This document shows, in pieces, positions 42,797-51,752 of a DNA stretch of 64,000 nucleotides. Made by a program: the position numbers and the translations under genes. Every line of letters begins with the position of its first letter. Position 1 is the stretch's first letter. The DNA comes from Candidatus Fermentibacteraceae bacterium (lineage in GTDB: Bacteria; Fermentibacterota; Fermentibacteria; Fermentibacterales; JCC-6): positions 256,001-320,000 of the forward strand of contig JBGSZS010000018.1 in assembly GCA_041750285.1 (NCBI GenBank), written 5' to 3'. Below the pieces are notes generated by a model. It was given only the letters and a program-made list of their open reading frames with translations. It had not been told where the DNA came from and ran no database searches.

Positions 42797-42843
42797 GTTT
42801 TCCCCTTTCTCTGGAGATGGAAGCGCACGCTTCCCATGTTGCC

Positions 42844-42872
42844 ATAATATGCACGTTTCACTGCCTTGTCAA
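42844..42872 (-). promoter_or_regulatory. Sigma70-type promoter for the lipoprotein gene
   Basis: TTGACA-N17-TATTAT. Confidence 0.7.
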
Positions 42873-45275
42873 ACCACCCCCGGCTTCATCCAGGAGTTCA
42901 ATTGCGCGGCACGCCGCGCTTCGAACATCCAGTTCAGAGTCTTCGGAAAGGGTTTCCAGCACTGACCGGGCCGACTGCGACCCGATCAGACCAAGGCTCA
43001 CCGCGGTCTCCCTTCGCACAAGGCTGCTTTCCCAACCGGCGAATGGCAGCAGGACCGGAACCGAAGCTTCCGAGCCGATACCCCCAAGCGCCCTGATAAC
43101 GGTGACCATTCTGCCCGTGGGCAGCGTGTCTGAAAGAAGCCCCTCTATGACCGGTCTCGCCTCGTCCATGCCAACCTCGCCAAGCCATGACACAGTGTTG
43201 GAGAACCGCCTCCCCGAAAGCTCCCCCCCCTCCAGAAGGCCCAGAAGCGATGAGAGGGAAGTGCTCCGGTTGCCTTTCAGTACCGCGATGATGGCCCTGT
43301 GTTCCAGGCCGTCCCACGAGTCGGGGTGCTCCGTCAGAACGTAGGCGACCGCTTCATCCCCGCGGGCAACCATCTCCTCCAGGTGAGCGGTGACCCTGTC
43401 CGCATTCCCCCCCACACCCCATTCCGAGGCAACGCTGAAAAGCGAGTCGAGGTCGAGTGACGCCGGGTCGCCCACCGGCTCGATGAACTCCGGGTCCACA
43501 GGTGATACTGCCGGAAGGTCGGCCCCGGCGGAGTACTCCGCGCCCCATGCCGTGGAGTCATCTCCCGCCCCGAGGTACCGGTCGTCGTCAGCCATGGAAA
43601 GGAACAGCCCGCTTCCCGAGGAACCCCTGGCCCATGTGGCCTGCCCCTGTCCGAGGTTTCTCACGGCGAACAGGTCGTTTCCACCCATATCTGCGAATAC
43701 GGCGGCGGAGTTGGTGAGTGCAAGGCCCTGACCCCCGTCGGTGACGAAGACGTCGCTGCCTTCCCCGTCAAAAAGAAAACCTGTGGAAAGGTCGTGTGCG
43801 CTGCCCTGCGCAGGGCCGTTCCGTGAAATGAACTGGTCATCGCCGGAAAGGTCGAGAAGCACGCCGGCGGAAAGGTGGATGCCCGTTCCCTGCGAATACT
43901 GTGCCGCCGAGTAGACGTCCTGTCCCCCCTCGTCGACCAGGATGCCCAGCGCGTACCAGTACGAGCAGCCCTGGCCGAAAACCTCGGCCCTGTATGTATC
44001 GTTGCCTTCACCGCAGTCCAGCAGTGCTCCGATGCCGCCCGCGATGAAGGGCCTGAGCCCCATGCCGAACCCCTGGCTCATCGCCCTGTTGTCCCTGGGA
44101 AGAAGCGGCTCGTGGGGAAAGCAGAATCCCGCCATGTACACGTCGTGGCCTTCGCTGTCGACGAGTTCGCCCTGTCCCCCGGGTCCGCCGAAGCCCTGAC
44201 CGTACGAGGCAACCCTTCTCATGTCGTCCCCCGAAGCATCCACGAGAAGACCGCTGCCCAGCGTTCCTGCCCCTTGTGCGTGAATCGCTGCCTGAAAGAT
44301 GTCGTCGCCCGCAAGGTCCGCCAGGATGCCACGGCCCATCATGCCGCTGCCCTGCGACATCCCCGAAGCCCGCCAGGTGTCGTCACCCTCCATGTCCACC
44401 ACGCATGCGAAGCCCAGAACGGCGCCGCCCTGCGCCACGGGGCAGTTCACCGATTCCCATGTGTCGTTGCCGGCCCGGTCGACCACCATGGTCACGAACC
44501 CGCGTCCGGCGGCACCCACCACTCCACCCACACCCGGTCCGTAGAAGTCGTCCCCGCCAAGGTCGACGATGAGGGCGAAGGGGCAATCCCCAAGGTAGCG
44601 GTTGGGGCCGGTTCCCCCGACTACCCAGGAAACGGGGTCTTCGAGCGACCAGGCGGCCACGTCGCCCTCGATGCCGGGAAGGCTGGCCGGAATGCATGAA
44701 GTGCCGAGCCACCGGTCCGGTGACGACACCGCCAGTGCAATGATGTCCGAAACGTTGGCCGCGGGTGTTCCGGGCCACTTCTGAAGCATCAGCGACAGTG
44801 TCTCGGGGTGCATTTCATAATACTCCCACGGAACGGCGCGGCCCCGGCAGGAGAACACCGCCCCCCACTCCATTCCGGGAAGGACCGTGTCCGTCTCTGC
44901 CCAGAGCGACCCGAGCACCAGGGAGAGCGAATCGGCAAGTTCCGCCCCCATTCCTTCGAACACGGTCTCGAACCTCCGGTTTTCGGCCCGGAGGAACTCG
45001 AGCAGTCCGTCAAAGCCGCCGCCCGGCCCGGAGGGCTGCGCGATGGTGCGGCACGTTTCCAGCCGTTCGAATGCCACTTCAGGCAGCAGCCAAACGTCAT
45101 CGAGAACGGACAGTACGAGCGAATCGGGCATGGCCACCGTTGTGGACCAATGCCTTTCGAAGTTCATCGAGGAAAGCGTCATTCCCAGGGGCAGAAGCGC
45201 CTGTTCAGCGGCTGTTGTCACCTCCGGGGGAAGCAGCATCAGAAGAACTGCGGCAAAGGACATCTCTACCTCCAT
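42858..45275 (-). CDS. Secreted protein with about 12 'D-x-x-G-x-D-x-Y/F...QG' repeats and C-terminal HEAT repeats
   Basis: Repeats about every 26 aa; HEAT-like tail 'VRRETAVSLGLIG...VRSAACRAI'. Confidence 0.75.
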   Translation of the reverse strand: MEVEMSFAAVLLMLLPPEVTTAAEQALLPLGMTLSSMNFERHWSTTVAMPDSLVLSVLDDVWLLPEVAFERLETCRTIAQPSGPGGGFDGLLEFLRAENRRFETVFEGMGAELADSLSLVLGSLWAETDTVLPGMEWGAVFSCRGRAVPWEYYEMHPETLSLMLQKWPGTPAANVSDIIALAVSSPDRWLGTSCIPASLPGIEGDVAAWSLEDPVSWVVGGTGPNRYLGDCPFALIVDLGGDDFYGPGVGGVVGAAGRGFVTMVVDRAGNDTWESVNCPVAQGGAVLGFACVVDMEGDDTWRASGMSQGSGMMGRGILADLAGDDIFQAAIHAQGAGTLGSGLLVDASGDDMRRVASYGQGFGGPGGQGELVDSEGHDVYMAGFCFPHEPLLPRDNRAMSQGFGMGLRPFIAGGIGALLDCGEGNDTYRAEVFGQGCSYWYALGILVDEGGQDVYSAAQYSQGTGIHLSAGVLLDLSGDDQFISRNGPAQGSAHDLSTGFLFDGEGSDVFVTDGGQGLALTNSAAVFADMGGNDLFAVRNLGQGQATWARGSSGSGLFLSMADDDRYLGAGDDSTAWGAEYSAGADLPAVSPVDPEFIEPVGDPASLDLDSLFSVASEWGVGGNADRVTAHLEEMVARGDEAVAYVLTEHPDSWDGLEHRAIIAVLKGNRSTSLSSLLGLLEGGELSGRRFSNTVSWLGEVGMDEARPVIEGLLSDTLPTGRMVTVIRALGGIGSEASVPVLLPFAGWESSLVRRETAVSLGLIGSQSARSVLETLSEDSELDVRSAACRAIELLDEAGGGLTRQ

Positions 45276-46884
45276 GCACGGGATGGGAAACTATTCTCCC
45301 GGAAAGTTCCGGTGTCCACAAGCCAAGCCCCGCCATGGAGAACGATGCGGCAACGCAAAGCGCAAGCGAGGCCCAGACCCACCACGGGAGGTGAAGGAAT
45401 AGCCCCTCGGGAAGGGCGGGCAGGCTCAGTCCCCACCCAAGAAGCATGATGACACCGGGAAACACAAGACGCCTGAAGGGAAAGTGCGCCCTCACAAGCC
45501 TCTCGGAACCGTCGGGAAGGAGAAGGCTTGCCGCGATGAAGGCGATGGAGGCTCCCGACACGACGAACACCACGGGAAGCGTGAAAGCGGTCTTAAAAAC
45601 CCCCAGATGGAAGAGCGCAGTGAGAATCACACCGGCCGTGATCCCCGAAAGGGCTCCGGCACCGGATGCCTTCCTCCAGTACAGAGTGCCCAGATAGACC
45701 GGAAACAGCGCGGCGAGCCCCGTGAAGGTCTCCCGCGCAAGGACAAGGAAGGATTCGGGAGGCCTGAACGAAAGCAGAAGCCCCCCCGCAGCAAGTACCA
45801 GTACCAGTGCCTTGCCAGCCCAGCGGGGCGCCTGTCTGCCGGAGAGGGGCTCCCAAACGTCACGGGTGAACATTGATGAGAGGGTGAGAAGCTGGGAGTC
45901 CATCGTGGACATGAGGGCTGCGAGCCCCGCGGTCACCAGCAGCGACTCAAGAACCCCCGGACACGCCCTGGCCAGCAGCATCGGCAGGATGCGGTCGACA
46001 CCCGCCCCCTCGGGAAGCTCCGGTATCCAGTGCCTTGCGATCACTCCCAGCGTGACGGGTATGAGGAACAGCACACCGGTGACAAGCGGGTACATCCTGG
46101 CGGACAGTGCGAGCGACCGGCGTCCCGACGCGGCGAAGAAACGCTGGAAGAGCTGCGGGAACATGGGGTCGGCCCATAGCCACAAAAGCATGTAGCCCAG
46201 CCAGATTCCCGGCGAATAAGCCGCGCTTCTGCTGAAAAGTCCGGGATGGGAAACAGCCAGTCCCTGAAAAAGTGTGGCCCCACCCCCCCGGATAAGCAGG
46301 ACGAGAAGCACGACACCCATGAGAAGCGGCATGAGGAGCCCCTGAAAGCAGTCGGTGAGGGCCACGCCCCGGAGGCCGGACCGGAACGTGTAAAGGACCA
46401 TGACAAGAACCGTAAGGGATGCCCCCGTGGCGTACCTGATGCCGAAGAGGCTTTCCAGGGCGTATCCGGCGGCCATGGGCTGCATGGCCAGGTAGGGAAG
46501 CGTGAGGGCTGCCATGACGGCGAAAGACGCCGTCCCCACTGCCCTTCCGCCATACCGGGCCCTCAGCACCTCCGACGGACTGACGAGTCTTCGGGCTTTC
46601 CCAAGACCGTGCACGGGCAGCCCGAGAACGATGAACATGGCCGCCATTAAACCTGTTCCAAGAGCCATCTGCGGGTAGTACTGGAATCCCGTTGAGTACC
46701 CCTGCCCACTGAAGCCGAACACGGTGAAGGCACTGAAATTGGTTGCGGAGAGGGTGAGGAGCGTCACGACCGGGGAGAGCTTCCGTGAAGCCAGGAAGTA
46801 GGCTTCATCCCCTTTTTCTGCGCCCTTCCGGGCAAGCCAGCCCAGGGCGAGAAGAACGACAAGGTAAAGTGAAACGATGATCAC
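45205..46884 (-). CDS. Sodium:solute symporter family transporter
   Basis: 'YFLASRKL', 'ATNFSAFTVFG', 'GLRGVALTDCFQG', 'AALMSTMDSQLL'. Confidence 0.93.
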   Translation of the reverse strand: MIIVSLYLVVLLALGWLARKGAEKGDEAYFLASRKLSPVVTLLTLSATNFSAFTVFGFSGQGYSTGFQYYPQMALGTGLMAAMFIVLGLPVHGLGKARRLVSPSEVLRARYGGRAVGTASFAVMAALTLPYLAMQPMAAGYALESLFGIRYATGASLTVLVMVLYTFRSGLRGVALTDCFQGLLMPLLMGVVLLVLLIRGGGATLFQGLAVSHPGLFSRSAAYSPGIWLGYMLLWLWADPMFPQLFQRFFAASGRRSLALSARMYPLVTGVLFLIPVTLGVIARHWIPELPEGAGVDRILPMLLARACPGVLESLLVTAGLAALMSTMDSQLLTLSSMFTRDVWEPLSGRQAPRWAGKALVLVLAAGGLLLSFRPPESFLVLARETFTGLAALFPVYLGTLYWRKASGAGALSGITAGVILTALFHLGVFKTAFTLPVVFVVSGASIAFIAASLLLPDGSERLVRAHFPFRRLVFPGVIMLLGWGLSLPALPEGLFLHLPWWVWASLALCVAASFSMAGLGLWTPELSGRIVSHPVHGGRDVLCRSSSDAASPGGDNSR

Positions 46885-46890
46885 TGCATT

Positions 46891-46939
46891 CCTCCCTGAA
46901 GTTTTCGGTCAGGCTGGGTGGCCTTCAGGGAGGCCTGAC
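46891..46939 (-). promoter_or_regulatory. Candidate cis-regulatory RNA (pseudoknot sequestering the SD) in the symporter 5' UTR
   Basis: mRNA GUCAGGC/GCCUGAC (7 bp) interleaved with CCUCCCUGAAG/CUUCAGGGAGG (11 bp, includes the SD). Confidence 0.5.
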
Positions 46940-46963
46940 ATGCCTGGACGCGCCGAATATAAC
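46935..46963 (+). promoter_or_regulatory. Sigma70-type promoter for TPP-thiM-thiE
   Basis: CTGACA-N17-TATAAC upstream of the TPP aptamer. Confidence 0.55.
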
Positions 46964-46980
46964 CCCATAGTTTACCGCAA

Positions 46981-47057
46981 GGATTGGGGGTGGCCTCCCG
47001 GGGCCTGAGAACATACCCTTGGAACTTGAACGGATTAGCATCCGCGGAAGGAAATCC
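46981..47057 (+). ncRNA. TPP riboswitch (THI element)
   Basis: GGGGTG...CTGAGA..ATACCC..GAACTTGA.CGGAT-TAGC-ATCCG-CGGAAGGAA; P1 GGATT/AATCC; upstream of thiM. Confidence 0.92.
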
Positions 47058-47083
47058 TGCCGCACGGAATTGGAAGGCAACCC

Positions 47084-47887
47084 ATGAAAGCACTGCCCGA
47101 TTTCCCCGGACTCGCGGGGCTTGTCCGCGAGCGGCGTCCGCTCGTCCACCACATCACGAACGATGTCGTGAACAACCTCACGGCAAACATCACCCTCGCT
47201 CTGGGCGCCTCGCCGGTAATGGCGCCCTGCATCCTCGAATCACCGGAAATGGTAGCCCATGCGGGTGCGCTCGTCCTCAACATCGGCACCCTGAACCCTG
47301 AACTGGTGGGGAGCATGAAGGCTGCGGGGACCGAAGCGGCGCGACTGGGAATCCCGATCATCTTCGACCCGGTGGGCGTGGGGGCAACCACCTTCCGCAC
47401 GAGGGTCGGCCTTGAGATTATGAAAGAGCTCAGGATAGCCGTGATCCGGGGCAACGCCGGCGAGGTACTTGGTCTGGCGGGTGCACAGGGTGCCGTGAGG
47501 GGAGTCGACTCGCTGGACAGCAGCGCAGGCCGGGAAGCATTCCTTCAGGATCACGCCCGCAAAACCGGCTCCGTGATCGCGGTTACCGGGGCCGAAGACT
47601 TCATCACCGACGGAATCCGGTGGGCGAGGTGCGGAAACGGCCACAGGACAATGGGCAGGGTGACCGGGACCGGGTGCGGCGCCACAACAGCCGTCGCGTG
47701 TTTCGCTGCAGCGGGGATACCCCCGTTCGATGCCACCCTTGCGGGGCTTGTCACCTACGCTCTCGCCGGTGAGGTGGCGGGAGGGAAGGCATCCGGCCCG
47801 GGAAGTTTCGTTCCCCTGTTCATCGACGCCCTGGCGGACCCCGATTCCCTGCCGTGGGACTCGGTGCGTCTGGAAACCGGCCCGTGA
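47084..47887 (+). CDS. thiM: Hydroxyethylthiazole kinase
   Basis: 'PLVHHITNDV', 'GASPVMA', 'NIGTL', 'DPVGVGAT', 'VTGTGC'. Confidence 0.96.
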   Translation: MKALPDFPGLAGLVRERRPLVHHITNDVVNNLTANITLALGASPVMAPCILESPEMVAHAGALVLNIGTLNPELVGSMKAAGTEAARLGIPIIFDPVGVGATTFRTRVGLEIMKELRIAVIRGNAGEVLGLAGAQGAVRGVDSLDSSAGREAFLQDHARKTGSVIAVTGAEDFITDGIRWARCGNGHRTMGRVTGTGCGATTAVACFAAAGIPPFDATLAGLVTYALAGEVAGGKASGPGSFVPLFIDALADPDSLPWDSVRLETGP

Positions 47888-48516
47888 GAACCGGTCTTCG
47901 GGACGCCCTAAGGCTTTACCTGGTCACAGACCCCGTGATGTGCGGCCCCCGTTGCGTGCTCGAGGTATGCGGGAAAGCGCTGACCGCAGGTGTGGGCTTC
48001 CTTCAACTCCGTGACAAGACCGCGTCGACACGTGAGCTCCTCGAACAGGCGAAAGCCATGGTCCGCATGTCGAACGATCATCAAACCGTCTTCGTGGTGA
48101 ATGACAGGGTCGATGTGGCGATGGCATCCGGCGCCCACGGAGTTCATCTGGGCGTCGACGACATGCCCGTGGCAACAGCGAGGAGGCTCATGGGACCGGA
48201 AGCGATCATCGGAGCCTCGGTGAGAACACTCGAAGAGGCTGTGGGTGCCTGGAAGGACGGTGCCGACTACCTGGCGGCCAACATCGTCTTTCACACCCCC
48301 ACGAAGCCCGACCCGCGCGAACCACTGGGCCTTTCCGGGGTAACGCTCCTTGCAGGCGCGACCCCCCTGCCCCTTGTGGCAATCGGAGGCATAAACATCT
48401 CGAACGCCCGGAGCGTCATCGATGCGGGGGCAGCCGGAATAGCAGTGGTCTCCGCCATCATGTCCGCCCCCGACCCCGCCTTTGCCGCCCGGCAATTGGG
48501 GAACGCAATACTCTAA
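47884..48516 (+). CDS. thiE: Thiamine-phosphate synthase
   Basis: 'LYLVTD', 'QLRDK', 'NDRVDVA', 'GVHLG', 'TPTK', 'AIGGI'. Confidence 0.96.
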   Translation: MRTGLRDALRLYLVTDPVMCGPRCVLEVCGKALTAGVGFLQLRDKTASTRELLEQAKAMVRMSNDHQTVFVVNDRVDVAMASGAHGVHLGVDDMPVATARRLMGPEAIIGASVRTLEEAVGAWKDGADYLAANIVFHTPTKPDPREPLGLSGVTLLAGATPLPLVAIGGINISNARSVIDAGAAGIAVVSAIMSAPDPAFAARQLGNAIL

Positions 48517-48544
48517 TCCGGGGACGCATTTCCCCCCGGATACA

Positions 48545-48575
48545 GGGGGGGCGGGATCGCTCCCGCCCCCCCTTT
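48545..48575. terminator. Hairpin terminator between convergent thiE and the OmpA gene
   Basis: GGGGGGGCGGGA-TCGC-TCCCGCCCCCCC-TTT. Confidence 0.65.
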
Positions 48576-48591
48576 CGAAGATATGCCTGGC

Positions 48592-50508
48592 TCAGCGGCC
48601 CAGGATGATGAACTCGGCCCTCCGGTTCTGTGACCGGTGCGTCTCGTCGGTGTTGGGGGTATCGGGACGGGACTCGCCGTAGCTCACGGTGCCCAGTCTT
48701 GCTTCACCGACGCCCTTGGCGATTAGGTAGTTGCGGACGGCTTCGGCCCTGCGCTCGCCGAGGTTCTGGTTGTAGTTCTCCTCGCCGAGGTCGCAGGTGT
48801 TGCCGGTTATGGTGACGGAAACACCGGGGTTGGCCAGAAGGAACGAGGCGATGTTGTCGAGTGCCGTCCTGGCGTCGCCCCTTATCACATCGCTGTCGAG
48901 GTCGAAGTAGACCTTGTCGAAGTCCACGACGAGATCGAGCTGGAAGTCCTGCGTGACGGAGGCTCCCGCGGGTATCGACACTGTGGCGTTCTCGGACCCG
49001 TAGGCTGCTGCCGAGGCCGTGAGGGTCCTGCTGCCCGATGCCAGTTCCATTGTGTAGAAGCCCTGTGCGTCGGCCTGGGCGGTCACGCTGCCGGAGGTGA
49101 CCGTGGCTGCAAGAGGAAGCCCCGAGGAGGCATCAGTTACGGTTCCGCTGACGGTCCCGGTGGTCTGAACGCGCTCGAGGGGGAAGTCGACCTGGTGGGT
49201 GCCACCCGATACCGCGGCAACCGTCGAACTCATCGGAAGGTAGCCCTCGGCTGAGGCGGTGAGGCCGGTCTCTCCCCTTGAGACCTCGACCGAGTAGACG
49301 CCATCGGCATTGGCGGTCACGGGGCCGACACCGGCCCTGTCGATGCTGACGGTTCCCGGAAGAGCCTGGCCGGTGGCCGCATCGTAGATCCGTCCGCCGA
49401 TGGTGGCCTTTGCGCTCCTGATGTCTCCAACGTAGGTGAAGTTCACGCCGATGCCCATGCTGGGAGCGTACCCACCAGGGAACGGGGCGTAATTGGCCCT
49501 GTCCTCCTCTGTGGGGGTGCCGCCGGCCTGGAAGAGGCTGTGGCCAAGGTCCGACCACTGGGGGTCGAAGGTGGAGAGGGCAAACGTGCCCTTCACGTCA
49601 ACCGCAAGGCCGGTGGTGTTGAAGCGCACGCCCGGGGAGACCTGTATGTGGTCGTCGTAATCCTCGCCGTCGCCTGCGTCGAAGTTCCTGTCAAGGAAGT
49701 GGTTCCACTCGACCTCGGCGAAGAGGGTGGTGGTGCCGATGGGGTACTCGATGCCTGCGCCTGCCCTGAGCACCGGATCGCTGACTTCCATGTCAACGAC
49801 CTCTGTGGCGACTACGTTGTGGTTGGCATCGTACCTCGAGTCGGTGAACTGGAAGGTCTGGTTGAACTGATGGTAGCCGGCGTTGGCGGTAAGCACAACA
49901 GGCCTGAGGTCGAAGGAAGCAAGAAGGTCGGCACCGTAGCTGAAGCTGCCGGCGTTGATCATGGGGCGCCTGAGGCTGAACATGGGCTGACCGTGCTCCC
50001 ATACACCGTCCCAGCCGTCGCCGTTCTCAACGAAGCTGCTGTATCCGCCGTCGTGGATCGAGAAGGCCGCCCAGGGCATGATGCTGAACCAGCTGCCGGT
50101 CGAGGAGGGGTTCACGTTGTACTTCAGGGAAAGCCTCGCCTCGCTGAAACCGTCATCACCCTCCCAGTCGCCGGAGATCTCCGCGCTTTCACTGTCGCGC
50201 TTCATCTGATTCACAAGGTAGGTGACGCTGACACCCATTTCTGCTGCACGGCCGAGGCCCAGACCGGCAATGAAATGGGCTGTTCCATCGAACTCGGTGT
50301 TGGTGATGTCGGTGACCTCACCCGAGAGGACTCCCGTGCGGGTGTCGCTGGAGATCCCGAGATCTGTGAACAGGCCGACGGCAAACTTGCCCGCGCCGAA
50401 CGTCCGGGCATCGGAAATCCTGTTGAGTCCCCGTACACCCCACCATGAAGGAAGGGCGGCGGCTGTTCCCGCAACGAGAACAAGCATGATGAACAGAACA
50501 CTGCGCAA
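48592..50508 (-). CDS. OmpA-family outer membrane protein (beta-barrel, carboxypeptidase-regulatory-like domains, OmpA C-terminal domain)
   Basis: Signal peptide; two 'G.V.D..TG..L' Ig-like units; 'VYFDLDS', 'NQNLGERRAEAV', 'NRRAEF'. Confidence 0.9.
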   Translation of the reverse strand: MRSVLFIMLVLVAGTAAALPSWWGVRGLNRISDARTFGAGKFAVGLFTDLGISSDTRTGVLSGEVTDITNTEFDGTAHFIAGLGLGRAAEMGVSVTYLVNQMKRDSESAEISGDWEGDDGFSEARLSLKYNVNPSSTGSWFSIMPWAAFSIHDGGYSSFVENGDGWDGVWEHGQPMFSLRRPMINAGSFSYGADLLASFDLRPVVLTANAGYHQFNQTFQFTDSRYDANHNVVATEVVDMEVSDPVLRAGAGIEYPIGTTTLFAEVEWNHFLDRNFDAGDGEDYDDHIQVSPGVRFNTTGLAVDVKGTFALSTFDPQWSDLGHSLFQAGGTPTEEDRANYAPFPGGYAPSMGIGVNFTYVGDIRSAKATIGGRIYDAATGQALPGTVSIDRAGVGPVTANADGVYSVEVSRGETGLTASAEGYLPMSSTVAAVSGGTHQVDFPLERVQTTGTVSGTVTDASSGLPLAATVTSGSVTAQADAQGFYTMELASGSRTLTASAAAYGSENATVSIPAGASVTQDFQLDLVVDFDKVYFDLDSDVIRGDARTALDNIASFLLANPGVSVTITGNTCDLGEENYNQNLGERRAEAVRNYLIAKGVGEARLGTVSYGESRPDTPNTDETHRSQNRRAEFIILGR

Positions 50509-50575
50509 AATCGTTTCCCCTCTCTAAAGTGATATCTGGCAACAACATAGTAATTACATACCAGAATAACGTGTT

Positions 50576-50604
50576 ATTATAGGTCTTGGCATATGTTCTG
50601 TCAA
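50576..50604 (-). promoter_or_regulatory. Consensus sigma70 promoter for the OmpA gene
   Basis: TTGACA-N17-TATAAT exact. Confidence 0.8.
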
Positions 50605-50627
50605 ATGAAGGCTTCCGAGGCACCGCA

Positions 50628-51752
50628 TCATGCCGCAGGAATCCTCCCTCCCGGCAGTGTCAGGGTGAACGAGCCGCTGCTGATCCACGATCTGAGAGTT
50701 TCGGCGATCTCAACGGCGCCCGGGCGGCTCGACAGGTTGTAGGAGGGCACTGTTCTGCCCCCCAGATCGATCGAACCCCGGAGAAGGTCGGCGCAGGAAA
50801 CCAGTCCCAGCGTGCCGGGCGAGTTCTCAGGGTAGCTCACACCGTAGTCGACGACCGGTGAGAGTATCATGTCGTCCGAAACACCCGTGAATGCAGCCAT
50901 CTCTTCATCCAGGATCGGGATGGGAACCCCGATTCCCACCATCAGGGAGACACCGTACCCCGCCAACACCACGGGCCGAAGCCACCGTGAGTTCATCCCG
51001 CAAAGATCGCCCCTCACCGAAAGGGTTCCGGCGCCACAGAGAGGCAGGCCTCCCGCCCCGCTCGGAGGTTCGGGGTCGTGCTGAGTCCCGCAGCCCATCA
51101 CATACCCCGTCCCACCGCCGAGGAAGATCCTTGTACCCACTCCGATCGTCCTGAAGAAGGGGTCGTTGAGCATGGGCGAGTACTCGCCCGCGCTGGAGAA
51201 ACCCGCGTTGCCCAGATGGGGCCGCAGCGTTCCAAGGTAAGTCCTTATGGTCCTCCCGGTGGTGTTAACGGCAACGTTGTAGTTCTGGTACGCGTTGCGG
51301 AAGTTGAAGAGCTCCGCGCTCCTGAAATCGGGAAGAGCCATGGTCATGTCCATCGTCTTCCTGGGATAGCAGTCCGAACCGTGGCCGGACCCGGTGAGCC
51401 TCACCCTGTCCCCCCGCACGAGATCATGGATAACGTGCGCACCACCGTAGTCTTCCCTTTCCCCCCTGGCGGTCGCGCCAAGGAACAGGTCGACCGCCGC
51501 TATGCCGGCGTACGCAGGAACTCCGTTCAGGAAGGCCTCGCGAAAGTTTATCCTCGGGCTCGTGTGACCCGTGTTGAGCAATACACCGCTGGAACACATG
51601 GCGCCGAACGTCGCCGTCGTCACTACATCGACCGCCCTCGCCGCGGCGCCGGCACCCCGTTCCCGAACCAGCAGGGTCATCTCGCCAGCGGTGAGGACCA
51701 CGGCATCTCCCCTGACGATCCTGTCGTTTATCTCTTCAAGGCTTTTCGCCAT
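50628..51752 (-). CDS. L-aspartate semialdehyde sulfurtransferase / homocysteine biosynthesis protein (DUF39, MA1821-like)
   Basis: 'EINDRI..GDAVVLTA', 'VDVVTTATFGAMCSSG', 'YGGAHVI', 'DCYPR', 'RNAYQNY', 'NDP..RTIG.GTRIFLGG'. Confidence 0.9.
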   Translation of the reverse strand: MAKSLEEINDRIVRGDAVVLTAGEMTLLVRERGAGAAARAVDVVTTATFGAMCSSGVLLNTGHTSPRINFREAFLNGVPAYAGIAAVDLFLGATARGEREDYGGAHVIHDLVRGDRVRLTGSGHGSDCYPRKTMDMTMALPDFRSAELFNFRNAYQNYNVAVNTTGRTIRTYLGTLRPHLGNAGFSSAGEYSPMLNDPFFRTIGVGTRIFLGGGTGYVMGCGTQHDPEPPSGAGGLPLCGAGTLSVRGDLCGMNSRWLRPVVLAGYGVSLMVGIGVPIPILDEEMAAFTGVSDDMILSPVVDYGVSYPENSPGTLGLVSCADLLRGSIDLGGRTVPSYNLSSRPGAVEIAETLRSWISSGSFTLTLPGGRIPAA

